From Bdellovibrionota bacterium (GTDB lineage Bacteria; Bdellovibrionota_C; UBA2361; OMIW01), in assembly GCA_044345055.1 (NCBI GenBank), contig JBIJBT010000009.1:1-48385 (forward strand): a DNA stretch of 48,385 nucleotides. The letters are read 5' to 3'. Numbering within the stretch: position 1 is the stretch's first letter; the number at the start of each line of letters is the position of its first letter. Shown here one piece after another: positions 28,799 to 38,609 of this stretch. A model generated the notes under the pieces. The model did no database searches and was not told where the DNA came from. It saw only the letters and a list, made by a program, of their open reading frames with translations. The position numbers and the translations under genes were made by a program.

Positions 28799-30235
28799 TT
28801 AAGAGGCTGGAGGAATCACTTTTCCAGGATTCATGATATTGAGGGGGTCGAGAGCCTGTTTAATCGCCCGCATTACCGCGATCTCCTCAGGAGAGCGAGT
28901 ATAGGATAGAAAATCGCGTTTCAATAAACCAACACCGTGCTCAGCAGCAACACTACCACGATACCGCTCGACACATGAAAAAAGCTCTGAATCGAGGTGG
29001 TGACACCGAGAGAAAAATTCTTCGTCGGTGATATCAGACGGCTTCAGGAAATTAATGTGTAGGTTTCCATCGCCCATGTGTCCAAAAACCGCAGGAGTAA
29101 ATGATGGTTCAAGAGACTGCGCTCGCGCGATTAGCTCGTCGAGAAACGGAGGGATGTCAGTTGTTGCAACGGATACATCATTTTTATGTATCGTGAAGTG
29201 CGACGAGAGGGTTTCACTGATAAGTTCGCGAAGACTGAGAAGCTCCTGAGCTTGTGTGAGCGATTCCGCAACTACCATATCCTGCACAATTTCGCGCTCA
29301 AATGCCTCAGCAAGAATAGATTCGAGTACTTCGCGACCATCAGTGCGAGCGGGAAGCTCAGCTTCAAGGAGAACATACACAGGAAATGATCGCGAAAGTG
29401 GATCACGCTTCTGTTTGAAAGAAAGAACAGGCTCAAGCGCTGCCCTCTGTACAAGCTCAAAAAGCTCGAGTGTGACACCCTTTTCACGACAAAACGCAAG
29501 GAGTGAAGCTGCATCACTCAAACGCTCTAAACCGGCCCAAACTCGCACTGCTGGTTGGGGCGGAGTCACAAGCCGGAGCGTCGCCTCGGTGATGATACCG
29601 AGTGTACCCTCGGAACCGATGAAGAGCTGTTTAAGATCATAGCCCGCCTGATCTTTAACAAGACCGTGGCCACACCTCAAAACGGAGCCATCGGCTAAAA
29701 CCGCAGATAGTTTTGCCACGTGAGAGCGGGTCATCCCCCATCGAATCACACGAACGCCACCTGCATTAGTCGCTATATTTCCCCCGATTTGACTTGAACC
29801 CTTCGAGGCAAAATCTATTGGAAGAAACAGACCCGCTTCTTCAGCAGCTCGCTGAACTAGCTCGGTAGTGGCTCCTGCCTCAACTGTAACGGTACGCTCT
29901 TGGCGGTTCACCGCGCTGATACGGTTCATTTTTTCGAGCGAAAGAACAACCTCCCCTCTCGTCGCTGTTGCTCCTCCAGCGAGTCCGGTCCGTCCACCTG
30001 AAGGCACAATCGGGTGGCGCGCATCGCGGCAGATTCGCACAACTGCTTGCACCTCCTCCACCGAGCGAGGAAAACAGATACAGAGAGGCTCGGGCTTATA
30101 ATCGCGGAGCCAGTCACGTCCGTAATTTTCCCTGAAGTCAGATTCAGTCCGGGTTTCGCAGGCCGCTGAGAGCGTTGCAATAATATTCGCGGAGTTGGTA
30201 GGAAGCTCAGATGAGGAATCAGACGGATACTGCAT
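28799..30235 (-). CDS. FAD-linked oxidase (D-2-hydroxyacid dehydrogenase, GlcD/D2HGDH-like)
   Basis: PSGGRTGLAGG, GGNIATNAGG, GSEGTLGIIT, FGHMGDGNLH, AEHGVG and DPLNIMNPGK motifs; start uncertain (30235-30283). Confidence 0.92.
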   Translation of the reverse strand: MQYPSDSSSELPTNSANIIATLSAACETRTESDFRENYGRDWLRDYKPEPLCICFPRSVEEVQAVVRICRDARHPIVPSGGRTGLAGGATATRGEVVLSLEKMNRISAVNRQERTVTVEAGATTELVQRAAEEAGLFLPIDFASKGSSQIGGNIATNAGGVRVIRWGMTRSHVAKLSAVLADGSVLRCGHGLVKDQAGYDLKQLFIGSEGTLGIITEATLRLVTPPQPAVRVWAGLERLSDAASLLAFCREKGVTLELFELVQRAALEPVLSFKQKRDPLSRSFPVYVLLEAELPARTDGREVLESILAEAFEREIVQDMVVAESLTQAQELLSLRELISETLSSHFTIHKNDVSVATTDIPPFLDELIARAQSLEPSFTPAVFGHMGDGNLHINFLKPSDITDEEFFSRCHHLDSELFSCVERYRGSVAAEHGVGLLKRDFLSYTRSPEEIAVMRAIKQALDPLNIMNPGKVIPPAS

Positions 30236-30598
30236 GGTTCGCTCGTGGATAATGGGTAGGTCGACCGAGGCCATTCCTTTCAATGGGGAGCTGCTCCCGA
30301 ACTCGCCGAGAATGTCTTAAGACCATTATCTAGTCACCAATCGGAGCGGCTGTAAAGATCTCTGAAAAATTAAGACGTAGTTCTAGACAGTTGAGGGGCG
30401 CGCGTGCTAAGAATCGGGCGCTAGAAACGTGCGAACCTTCGGGGAGCCGCAAAAAATCTTGAACCGAAATCTGCTATCGGGGTGATAAGTGGGCAGAGGA
30501 AGAGGTGTGAGGTTGATAAGTTTGGCATCCCGTTTTTAGAGGTTCAATCAAAGGGGCTGGACTAGGCAAGTAAAACTGTCAAATCGAAGGGGTGTTGT

Positions 30599-31573
30599 AT
30601 GTTCGATTTCTTCAAATTAAGCCTTGATTTTGTAAAAACATGGCACTCAGCTCCTATTTTTAGCTGGATACGGGCCGCTCGTTTTTATCGCGCCGGTCAC
30701 TACGAATCCGCGATACTCCATTATGAGCGGGGACTTCAGAAACATTCTGCACATCCCGCCGCTTCGTTTGCACGGTACGAACTGGCGCATTGCCTACTTA
30801 GGGTACAGCGGTTGGCTGAGGCTGAGAGCCACCTAAGGCTTTTAATTCTTCAGCATCCAGAAGATCGGGAGCCGTACGTGCGACTTGTAAAACTCACGAT
30901 GTGGCAGGGGCATTTTCACGAGGCAGGTCTCATGGCGGCCAGAGCAGCCCAACGATTTCAACCCGATCCAGAGCTGGTGGGATTGGCGTTGTGGTGTTTT
31001 GTCAGCACTGGAGGTTGTTCAGAGCTGATTCGGGAGGTTCTTGAGCTAAGTCAACAGCTCCCAACAAAAGAGCGTCACGGCACTCCTCTCATTCGCGCAG
31101 CTCTTGGTTGGCACTGGTACCATCAAGGTGAGAAAGGGCTAGGAGCTCGCGAAGTCGCTGGGGTTTCACTTTCGAGCCAACGCCACTCGGTCGAAGCTGT
31201 AATTGCTCATGCAGAGATTCTATTGGAACTTCGGCATACTGATGTTGCTCGTGAGCACCTTCGCCGGGCACTCGCGCTCCGACCCGGATATCCTCTAACT
31301 CTCGCACTTCTCGCTCAGACCTACCTCGATCCAGAAAGCTATAATCCAGAACACGCAGCTCAGCTGGCGCTTGAGGCGTGCCGGTCCTCCGGTTGGCGCT
31401 CGGCGCGAATGCTGCATCTTTATGCAGATACCCAACATCGACTCGGCGAATATTCGACCGCAATGATGATGGCTCAACGTGCTCGCCACGAGGCGCAACA
31501 GGTCGTAGCTCGCTATCCCGAGCTACCAGCTCTAGAGGCGCTGATATCACAGCTCGATTCGCGGAGCTTTTGA
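30599..31573 (+). CDS. Tetratricopeptide repeat protein
   Basis: TPR-like helices (AILHYERGL, AREHLRRALALRP); GGGG RBS-like sequence. Confidence 0.8.
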   Translation: MFDFFKLSLDFVKTWHSAPIFSWIRAARFYRAGHYESAILHYERGLQKHSAHPAASFARYELAHCLLRVQRLAEAESHLRLLILQHPEDREPYVRLVKLTMWQGHFHEAGLMAARAAQRFQPDPELVGLALWCFVSTGGCSELIREVLELSQQLPTKERHGTPLIRAALGWHWYHQGEKGLGAREVAGVSLSSQRHSVEAVIAHAEILLELRHTDVAREHLRRALALRPGYPLTLALLAQTYLDPESYNPEHAAQLALEACRSSGWRSARMLHLYADTQHRLGEYSTAMMMAQRARHEAQQVVARYPELPALEALISQLDSRSF

Positions 31574-31586
31574 CGGGTAGCCGTGG

Positions 31587-31638
31587 ATTACCAATACTTC
31601 GCCGTATTACCAATACTTCGCCGTATTACCAATACTTC
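31587..31638. repeat. 19-bp tandem repeat (2.7 copies) duplicating the fpr stop region
   Basis: ATTACCAATACTTCGCCGT twice, then ATTACCAATACTTC, which is the fpr KYW-stop sequence. Confidence 0.9.
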
Positions 31639-32435
31639 TCGAAGTGAAGATTCCCGGGCTGTTTTTTGGAGTGCACGGAAAACCCTTGACCCACGAGAAT
31701 AGTCTCAACGGAATCGATCATCGCGGGATTTCCGCAGAGGAGCACGTGGTGAGTATCGGGGGAGTACTCCGTGGAGCGTTCTTCAAAAAATCGGGTTACA
31801 TGACCCGAAAAACCACCCGACGGAGGTGTTGCCCGACTGACAAATGGGAGGTATGAGAAAGATCCTCCACGAGTCTCAGCAAGTTTTTCAAGCTCATCGC
31901 GATAGCCCAGATCGTCGATATGGCGAACGCCGTGAAGCAACGTAATCTTTCGTCCCTCGCTCCAGGTTCCCTCGATACCCATCATCGAGGTAAAAGGAGC
32001 CAATCCGGTGCCCGTCGCTACGAAGATAAGGTGAGCAGATGACGGAATCGGAGCAAGGGTAAAGTGCCCCGTTACCTTTGGACCACAAAAAAGTCTATCC
32101 CCCTCGGCAAGCATCGCAAGGCGCGAGGTCAGTGCGCCCTCAGGAACGATCGCCACATAAAATTCGTAATAGTCGCGAATAGTTGGAGAAGAGCCCACTG
32201 AATAGGCCCGTTTTATTAACTTATGAGGTTCAGGGGGCGATGCCTCTGCTGGAAACGAAGCGGGACGAGGCGCACTCCCCGGAAGTCCTAACGCAACATA
32301 TTGCCCAGCCTCAAAAGCACAAACCCCTGCATCGGGTTGCACACGAAGAATCACAAGCTCGGGAGTTACCTCGATCCGTTTTAGAAGGGTGGCATTGAGG
32401 AGAGAAGGAGTTGCTGTTTGGGACGAATCTGACAT
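31626..32435 (-). CDS. fpr: Ferredoxin--NADP+ reductase
   Basis: FEAGQY, RAYS, GALTSRL, ATGTGLAPF, LCGNPAMI motifs and C-terminal EKYW. Confidence 0.93.
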   Translation of the reverse strand: MSDSSQTATPSLLNATLLKRIEVTPELVILRVQPDAGVCAFEAGQYVALGLPGSAPRPASFPAEASPPEPHKLIKRAYSVGSSPTIRDYYEFYVAIVPEGALTSRLAMLAEGDRLFCGPKVTGHFTLAPIPSSAHLIFVATGTGLAPFTSMMGIEGTWSEGRKITLLHGVRHIDDLGYRDELEKLAETRGGSFSYLPFVSRATPPSGGFSGHVTRFFEERSTEYSPDTHHVLLCGNPAMIDSVETILVGQGFSVHSKKQPGNLHFEKYW

Positions 32436-32726
32436 AAGTGGTCCGAATATTACGACAACTAAGATTACAATAAAATTGAGGCAAAAAGTTAATGCTCGAA
32501 CACCAAGAGTATTGGTATCGGAGGCTTTGCTCGGGGCCGACTACCTGTAGAGCGTAACACTTCTGTGACGAAACCCATCCAGCGCGGCACAGCTTTCCAA
32601 ATTCAGCCCCGCATACTACAACGGGGCTATCCTTAACGGCAATCCATTAACAAATGCAGGTCGGTTTCAATAGTGTCGATGCGGGCAAAGATAGCAGCTT
32701 GAAGTAGATAGGCTTTAGAGAAAGTA

Positions 32727-33770
32727 CTAAACGGATAAAGCTGGCATAGTAGTGTTTTCCCTCTGATGTAGGATCTGTTCAAGCTCTCTGGCAAAGCGGT
32801 AACGATTACCCGGATCACCGTAGCCCTCGAAGATCCTCATCGCATTCATCGCTTCAGCGACACTTTTCGAATTGCGAAAAGGGGCGCCCGCATGCTTATA
32901 GGTCGCACCCCTCATACCAGAAAATTCGGGGAGACCGAACATTTCATGCGCAACAAAAGCGATCTGAGCCTCAAGGTTGGAGGCTCCTTCAAACTGTCGT
33001 CGATATGCCGGCATAAACCTCTGTAGAGCATCAGCTCGCACACTTGTATGTTGAAATGCTCCAAGACCTCCCGTCGTCCATCCTGATTCAAGAGCATTTT
33101 CCTGAAGTGCCGTCGCGGTAATCGCAATAATCTGGGCGCGATTGAGCGGCATATCATGTCTCTGAAAAACTTTTTCAACCAGATTTGCAAAATTTATGAT
33201 CTTTTGATCCGACACTCCCTTGTTCGCCAAGTGTGGAGTATGCCTCATATTGGAAGGAGTCAAATACCACTCTGCATTCGATAACTGGGGCAAAATTGCA
33301 GTTTCTGGCGATTCAGCTGAGCTCAAAGGGGTTTGTGGTTGATAAGAAACTGGATTTGTATAATTGCTTACCTCAACCCCAGCTCTAATCCCAGAGCTTG
33401 CAAGCCCCTCAACGAATGACTGAATTACTATATTTCTCGGGTGGAATCGTTTACCTGTTGTTAAATCATGAACCTCGACGCATTTCCCTGCAGAATCGAG
33501 GTATACATCTCGAGATGCGAGATTCAGTACATAGCCCCCAACACGGGAAAGAGGTACAGCCATGCCACTACTAGCGGGAGTAATACGACGAAGCTCGGCC
33601 TGTTGATTACCGACCTCGATGCGGGCATTTGGTTGCCCCGCCAGAATGTTGTTGAGACTCTCTGGATTAAAGGTAACTTGTCCAGATGATGCTACACTGG
33701 GCAAAACTAAACTGCCGGGCCTGTTCGTTTGGCCAATTAGGTTTCCAGATAGACGCTGTAAATTACTCAT
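32727..33770 (-). CDS. Protein with a C-terminal phage-tail-lysozyme-like (Phage_lysozyme2) domain
   Basis: AITATALQEN, GLGAFQHTSVRADAL, NLEAQIAFVAHEM, SKSVAEA, FEGYG and RYRFA follow the family pattern. Confidence 0.65.
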   Translation of the reverse strand: MSNLQRLSGNLIGQTNRPGSLVLPSVASSGQVTFNPESLNNILAGQPNARIEVGNQQAELRRITPASSGMAVPLSRVGGYVLNLASRDVYLDSAGKCVEVHDLTTGKRFHPRNIVIQSFVEGLASSGIRAGVEVSNYTNPVSYQPQTPLSSAESPETAILPQLSNAEWYLTPSNMRHTPHLANKGVSDQKIINFANLVEKVFQRHDMPLNRAQIIAITATALQENALESGWTTGGLGAFQHTSVRADALQRFMPAYRRQFEGASNLEAQIAFVAHEMFGLPEFSGMRGATYKHAGAPFRNSKSVAEAMNAMRIFEGYGDPGNRYRFARELEQILHQRENTTMPALSV

Positions 33771-34062
33771 AACCACAATCGAAAAAAAGGTTGTACCACA
33801 AACGATTTTTTCAGGTTATGGGACCTCTTAGTTTGAAAGTTTCCTTTATAATTGCAATAGGTTGCAAGCCTTGTAATATTCTTAATGTACGCGACAGACG
33901 ATGCGGGAATGTCGGCTTTAGACCGCAAACAAAAGGTAGCCTGCGCTGCTTGCAAGAGGGTTGGAAGGAAGGACTGTAGAGGTGAGAATTCCACTGAGGA
34001 AACGGAAAGAGCGGAGTCTGCAAAGGGGGACGCCACAGTCTGTACCACGGCAAACGAGACTA

Positions 34063-34323
34063 CTAAAAAAGGAATCCGGACTTTTGATGTTCCGCTTCGG
34101 AACTATCTTGGTGGACAGCCTCGTCGAGAATTGGGTCGCGAGTTGGATTGACGAGTGGTCGGCCTGGATCTGTAGGTAACCTCTCCTGCTCTTGGAATGG
34201 AGTGGAGATTACGAAGTCTCCGCGGAGCCACCGACTCAAATCGACACAGCGGCACCGTTCAGAGCAAAAGGGGAGGAAAGACCGGAGCTTAATAGCGGTT
34301 CCACATTCAGGACAACGAGCCAT
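34063..34323 (-). CDS. yacG: DNA gyrase inhibitor YacG (zinc finger)
   Basis: CPECG-PFCSERC-DLSRWL-FVI. Confidence 0.9.
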   Translation of the reverse strand: MARCPECGTAIKLRSFLPFCSERCRCVDLSRWLRGDFVISTPFQEQERLPTDPGRPLVNPTRDPILDEAVHQDSSEAEHQKSGFLF

Positions 34324-34414
34324 TGATCCCCCCCTTCACAGCTACCCAGGTTATTCGTCCAATTTTATGGCGCTACCTTGGTACCGAATCGTTGATATCT
34401 CTTTCGAACAACGA

Positions 34415-34714
34415 TTAGAACAAAGACGCGCTCGATGAGGACTCCACTCCAGCGGCTGGGAGGGAATCTCTTTGCGCGATGATTTGGCGACGAAGACTCT
34501 CTGGATCAATATCGAGTGCTTCACAGACGAAATCAAAGGTCAGAGGCGAACCAGAGGGCTCATCATCGAGCAGCCACTGCGCAGAATCCTCCTGAACATC
34601 CTGATCCCCAGAGATAAAATCAGTGATTGCTCGTTGGAGCACGGCAGCAAGAAGACGTTTCTCTGGAAGCATAATGCTCGAGCTTGGAGTCTCAGAATTC
34701 GACCATCCCTTCAT
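34415..34714 (-). CDS. Conserved hypothetical protein (PExRLxxAVL and FxFVCEALxIDP family)
   Basis: Strong AAGGAG RBS; motif pattern recalled from deltaproteobacterial-type hypothetical proteins. Confidence 0.8.
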   Translation of the reverse strand: MKGWSNSETPSSSIMLPEKRLLAAVLQRAITDFISGDQDVQEDSAQWLLDDEPSGSPLTFDFVCEALDIDPESLRRQIIAQRDSLPAAGVESSSSASLF

Positions 34715-35622
34715 AATTTATTTCTCCTTAAATACCGCTAATATAAGTTTAGTTATTTCGTGATTTATCGACTTATTTGCGTTTTTTACGTCGCACCCGA
34801 CATCATCCTAACTGCTTGCATCAGCCAAACGTTCGATGTCTACCCCCCTTTCGTTCTCGAAAAAGGTTCCCTTTTTAGCCACTCAGAAACAACAAGACTC
34901 CTGCCGGGATATTCCCAGCGTTATCTCAACGTTTCTGAGCGTCTAGAAATTTCCCTCGCTATAGCCTTTCCTACAAAAGACCTGGGGGGCCTTCAGTCAG
35001 GAGCAACAGATGGGACGAGATGGCCTAACCGTTTGGATGACAAACCAACTAAAGAACCGAAGGCGCCTCTCTATTTTTGCGACTACTTCTGCAACTATTG
35101 TGCCTTCTTTGAGGGCTTTCCCTCTGGCTTCTCCGAATCGACTTGACCGATTCGCTACGTCGGGAATTACTCCTACTTCCTTAATCTTCTTGCTTTTACT
35201 TCACCCGGGGCTCGCGCTCCCCCAAGTTTTATTAGACAAACAAAAGAATCCATTGGTTATGGTTGCGTGACGATTCTACGTTACTTGAATATGGGAATAT
35301 TTTACCCTTTTCCGCAAAAATATTCCCTTACTTGCAATCGCGAATCGAAGGGAGAAAACGGCTTTCATTACTACTCATACCCCCGAGTGGGGGGATAATA
35401 GGAGAATCATCAGAGGTGCACAAGAAAAAAAATAATTGATCTAGTTATTTTTTTTACTAGTGCTGGGAATCAGATAATATCTCTTTTATACGAAATATTT
35501 TTCAATATATTCAGCTACATACCAAATGGAGGTAAATACTCCAAAAAAATAACGGGTAGCTTATACAACAGAACTGTTTCTTTTGTGACAGTTCTAAGAA
35601 ACCTGTTTGGTATTTAATCGAC

Positions 35623-36633
35623 TCAGTCACCGATAGAGAGTGTGACTAATGTTTCGGCAATTGTTTGATATATCGGGCTAATGGGTGCCTGTAGCTTTTG
35701 ATAGCGGACTGAATGAAGCGTTGAAAGAAGTGAGTCAAGAAATCGCTCTTGGTGGACAAAGTGAGCACTCGTCAGCTTTCGTTGATTTTCTTCATTTTCG
35801 CGCTTCTGCGCTAAAAGATTGACAAGGCGAGGACTGATAATTGCCATTTTCCTCTGCAATGCGGGGAAAAATCGCTTTAATCGCTCGATGGAATCTTCAG
35901 TTTCAAGAGGAAGATTTGAACCAGCGGCCCGAAGAGACTGAATTAGGTCGAGCATAGAGTGCGGCTCAAGTCGTAGCACGCTGAGTTTAGGCAGACCCTG
36001 CAAAGGACCCGACCCATACCATTCGCACGATAAATTTCTCGCACGCACCGCCGCCAGCCCAAGATTTAGCGCCATTTCATTCCGAATCGTTGCACACTGA
36101 GATTCAAGAGGCTCGATCTCAGCGGTCAAACGAGCTTCTTCTTCAGCTCCTTTTTTTTGCTTACGAACTATTTCGAGCAGAGGGGTTGCTGCAATAGATA
36201 GCTGCTGTTGCCACGATGTAGAGATCTCTAATGGGTGGGAGCCTTCTGAAGCGGGCAATGATCGCTCGGCTATTCGCAACGCAGATTCGTCGACTCCAAC
36301 GAGGAGCGAAGACAAAAGCAGATCAGAAACATGAGCTATATCTCCTTGCGGCCACAGCTCTGAGGATGAAAAGATATCGGCCAAAAGCCGCTCAATGAGA
36401 GTCGGTGGAGTCGTTATTTGAGATACTAATCCCTTCAGAATATCCCCATTCTTGGCTGTATATCTGGAGTGAAGAAGCTCTCGAATCCCCGCCTCGGCAA
36501 CGGTACGACGGAGTTCTGGCGCAATAAAAAAACCGCCAATAGCGGTGAATGCGCAAAGTAAGAGCCCGGATGAAAGAGCGGTAATTCGGAGCAGAATTGC
36601 TTTTATTGATGTATTCATTTTCAGGGTTAACAC
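35623..36633 (-). CDS. Hypothetical membrane-anchored helical protein
   Basis: N-terminal TM helix and coiled-coil segments; start may be the ATG at 36618. Confidence 0.7.
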   Translation of the reverse strand: MLTLKMNTSIKAILLRITALSSGLLLCAFTAIGGFFIAPELRRTVAEAGIRELLHSRYTAKNGDILKGLVSQITTPPTLIERLLADIFSSSELWPQGDIAHVSDLLLSSLLVGVDESALRIAERSLPASEGSHPLEISTSWQQQLSIAATPLLEIVRKQKKGAEEEARLTAEIEPLESQCATIRNEMALNLGLAAVRARNLSCEWYGSGPLQGLPKLSVLRLEPHSMLDLIQSLRAAGSNLPLETEDSIERLKRFFPALQRKMAIISPRLVNLLAQKRENEENQRKLTSAHFVHQERFLDSLLSTLHSVRYQKLQAPISPIYQTIAETLVTLSIGD

Positions 36634-36928
36634 GGCTGTATCGCCTCCGCCTATACCGTTACTTTGAGAGAGAGAAATATATAAGGAAAGAAACGACCCG
36701 AAGTTAAGGGTGTCGTTTAAATTTTTAAAACACGAAGCAAGCCATATTATTGTCTAATGCGGCTTCGTGCAGGTAATATCGTGCACCACGACAAAACTTT
36801 TGCAGTGCAGATAAGTGGCAGTGCAGATCATTTTATCCAAATATTGCGCAGTTCAATTTTGCAATGTGAAGCAGCGCACCTTCTGTAACATCGCAAACCG
36901 CCCCAATCAAACAAAAAAAGAGTACTCT

Positions 36929-37915
36929 ATGAATCGACCATCGACACCTCGCATTCTAACGGGTATCCGAGCCTCGGGCCAGCTTCATATTGGCAACTAT
37001 CTTGCCGCAGTAAAGCCTGCGATAGCTCGTCAATCAGAGGGAGAGCTCTTTTTGTTTATCGCCGATCTACATGCTTTGACAACCGTCAAAGACTCCAAAA
37101 GGCTTCAGGAGGCAACCTACGATGTAATCGCGACCTATGTGGCAGCGGGGTTGGATCATGAAAAACACGCCCTCTATTTGCAGTCCTCAATTCCAGCAGT
37201 CACCGAGCTCGCTTGGTATCTAAGCTGCGTTACGGGGGTCGGTTTTCTCGAAAAAGGTCATGCTTACAAAGATGCACTCGCGGCGAGTCGTGAGGTAAAT
37301 CACGGTGTACTCTATTACCCGGTACTGATGGCAGCTGATATCATGCTTTATGACGCTGATATTGTTCCGGTTGGAAAGGATCAGGTGCAGCACATAGAGA
37401 TGGCGCGCGATATGGCAGGTTCTTTTAATGCTGTTTTTGGCGATGTTTTGAAGGCTCCAACTGCTAGCGTTCAGGAGTCGGTTATGACGATTCGTGGTCT
37501 TGACGGGAGAAAAATGTCAAAGAGCTACGACAATACCATTCCTATTTTTTGCGAGTCGGGAATGTTAAGAAAAAAGGTGATGAGTATCAAAACCGATTCG
37601 ACACCGCTGGATGAACCAAAATCGATGAAAAACACCCTCGTTGGCGAGCTTTTCGAGCTTTTTGGCACTCCGGAGGAATGGGAGGATCTTGAGCAACGGT
37701 TACAGTCAGGTGGACTCGGCTGGGGCCACGCCAAGGATGAGCTTTTTCAGGTAATCGATCGGGAGATAGCCGCCCCCCGCGAGCGATATCTCAGCTACCG
37801 AGCCGATGAACCGTTTCTTCGAGCCGTAATTGCTACCGGTGCAGAGCGAGCGCGCGTAGTAGCAGATGGAGTGCTTAATCGAGTGCGAGATGCGATCGGA
37901 GTGCTGCGGAGTTGA
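36929..37915 (+). CDS. trpS: Tryptophan--tRNA ligase
   Basis: HIGN, YPVLMAADI, VPVGKDQ-QH and KMSKS motifs; ATG at 36929. Confidence 0.97.
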   Translation: MNRPSTPRILTGIRASGQLHIGNYLAAVKPAIARQSEGELFLFIADLHALTTVKDSKRLQEATYDVIATYVAAGLDHEKHALYLQSSIPAVTELAWYLSCVTGVGFLEKGHAYKDALAASREVNHGVLYYPVLMAADIMLYDADIVPVGKDQVQHIEMARDMAGSFNAVFGDVLKAPTASVQESVMTIRGLDGRKMSKSYDNTIPIFCESGMLRKKVMSIKTDSTPLDEPKSMKNTLVGELFELFGTPEEWEDLEQRLQSGGLGWGHAKDELFQVIDREIAAPRERYLSYRADEPFLRAVIATGAERARVVADGVLNRVRDAIGVLRS

Positions 37916-38206
37916 ATTAGTTTTTTGGTGGGCGATTGGGAAAACGTTCTGCTTCAAGATAATGGAGTTGCAAAGAGGGGTGCGAGTTTTGAGATGGTTA
38001 GTGGAGTTGATTGTGCATATTTGATATGCGTTAATGATAATTGACTCAGGTTCTTTTTATCATTGACGATTTAAAGAGTTGCGTTAGAGAATCGTTAGGA
38101 AGATTCGGGTGTTGGTGATGAAGGCCAGCACTTGGATCTCAGAAGCTCTGGTGGCTTAAAAGGCCGCTCAGACTATCTTTATTTTTCTCCAAATCGATAG
38201 GTTTTC

Positions 38207-38521
38207 ATGTTATCTTTTGACTCTCGGAAGAAATTTCTTGAAATAGCCCAACGGATTCAAGATGGCAAAGAGGTATCCCTGGAGGATGCTCTTTTTGCTG
38301 GTAAAATGGCAGCAAAAGACACCGCTCTCGCTAATATTCTCAAACACGCTCAGCGGCGCGCATTCCGAGATCCAGAAAAACCTTCTGTCGTTGATGTTGT
38401 CGATAAACTAAATTTGGGTCCTGCCGATCCGAACGATTTTCTCGACAGAAACAGCTCTATCGATGATTTCGCAAACTTCTTCCATCGAGACCGCCCGGAG
38501 GATTGGCGTCAAACAGATTAA
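38207..38521 (+). CDS. Small hypothetical protein resembling a cyanophage/picocyanobacterial family
   Basis: MLS-R start, EVSLED, LNLGPADP and DRPEDWRQTD end. Confidence 0.8.
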   Translation: MLSFDSRKKFLEIAQRIQDGKEVSLEDALFAGKMAAKDTALANILKHAQRRAFRDPEKPSVVDVVDKLNLGPADPNDFLDRNSSIDDFANFFHRDRPEDWRQTD

Positions 38522-38609
38522 TCCTTTTTCCTCTCTGGCAACCTGAGCCGGAAGAAGTAAGTGCCCCGTCCTAATTAGTTTCGCCCACGCATTATCAGGG
38601 AGAATCCTC

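Noticed and set aside
31587..31638. Possible CRISPR mini-array
   Set aside because: Units are 19 bp, directly adjacent with no unique spacers, and no cas genes are present.
33780..34062. Short ORFs and a possible c-di-GMP riboswitch (GGCAAAC and GGGACGC fragments)
   Set aside because: The motif order does not fit the c-di-GMP-I riboswitch, and the overlapping ORFs lack RBSs and recognisable features.
34760..35270. Plus-strand ORFs of 128 and 86 aa
   Set aside because: They overlap each other, have no RBS and show atypical composition; treated as non-coding.
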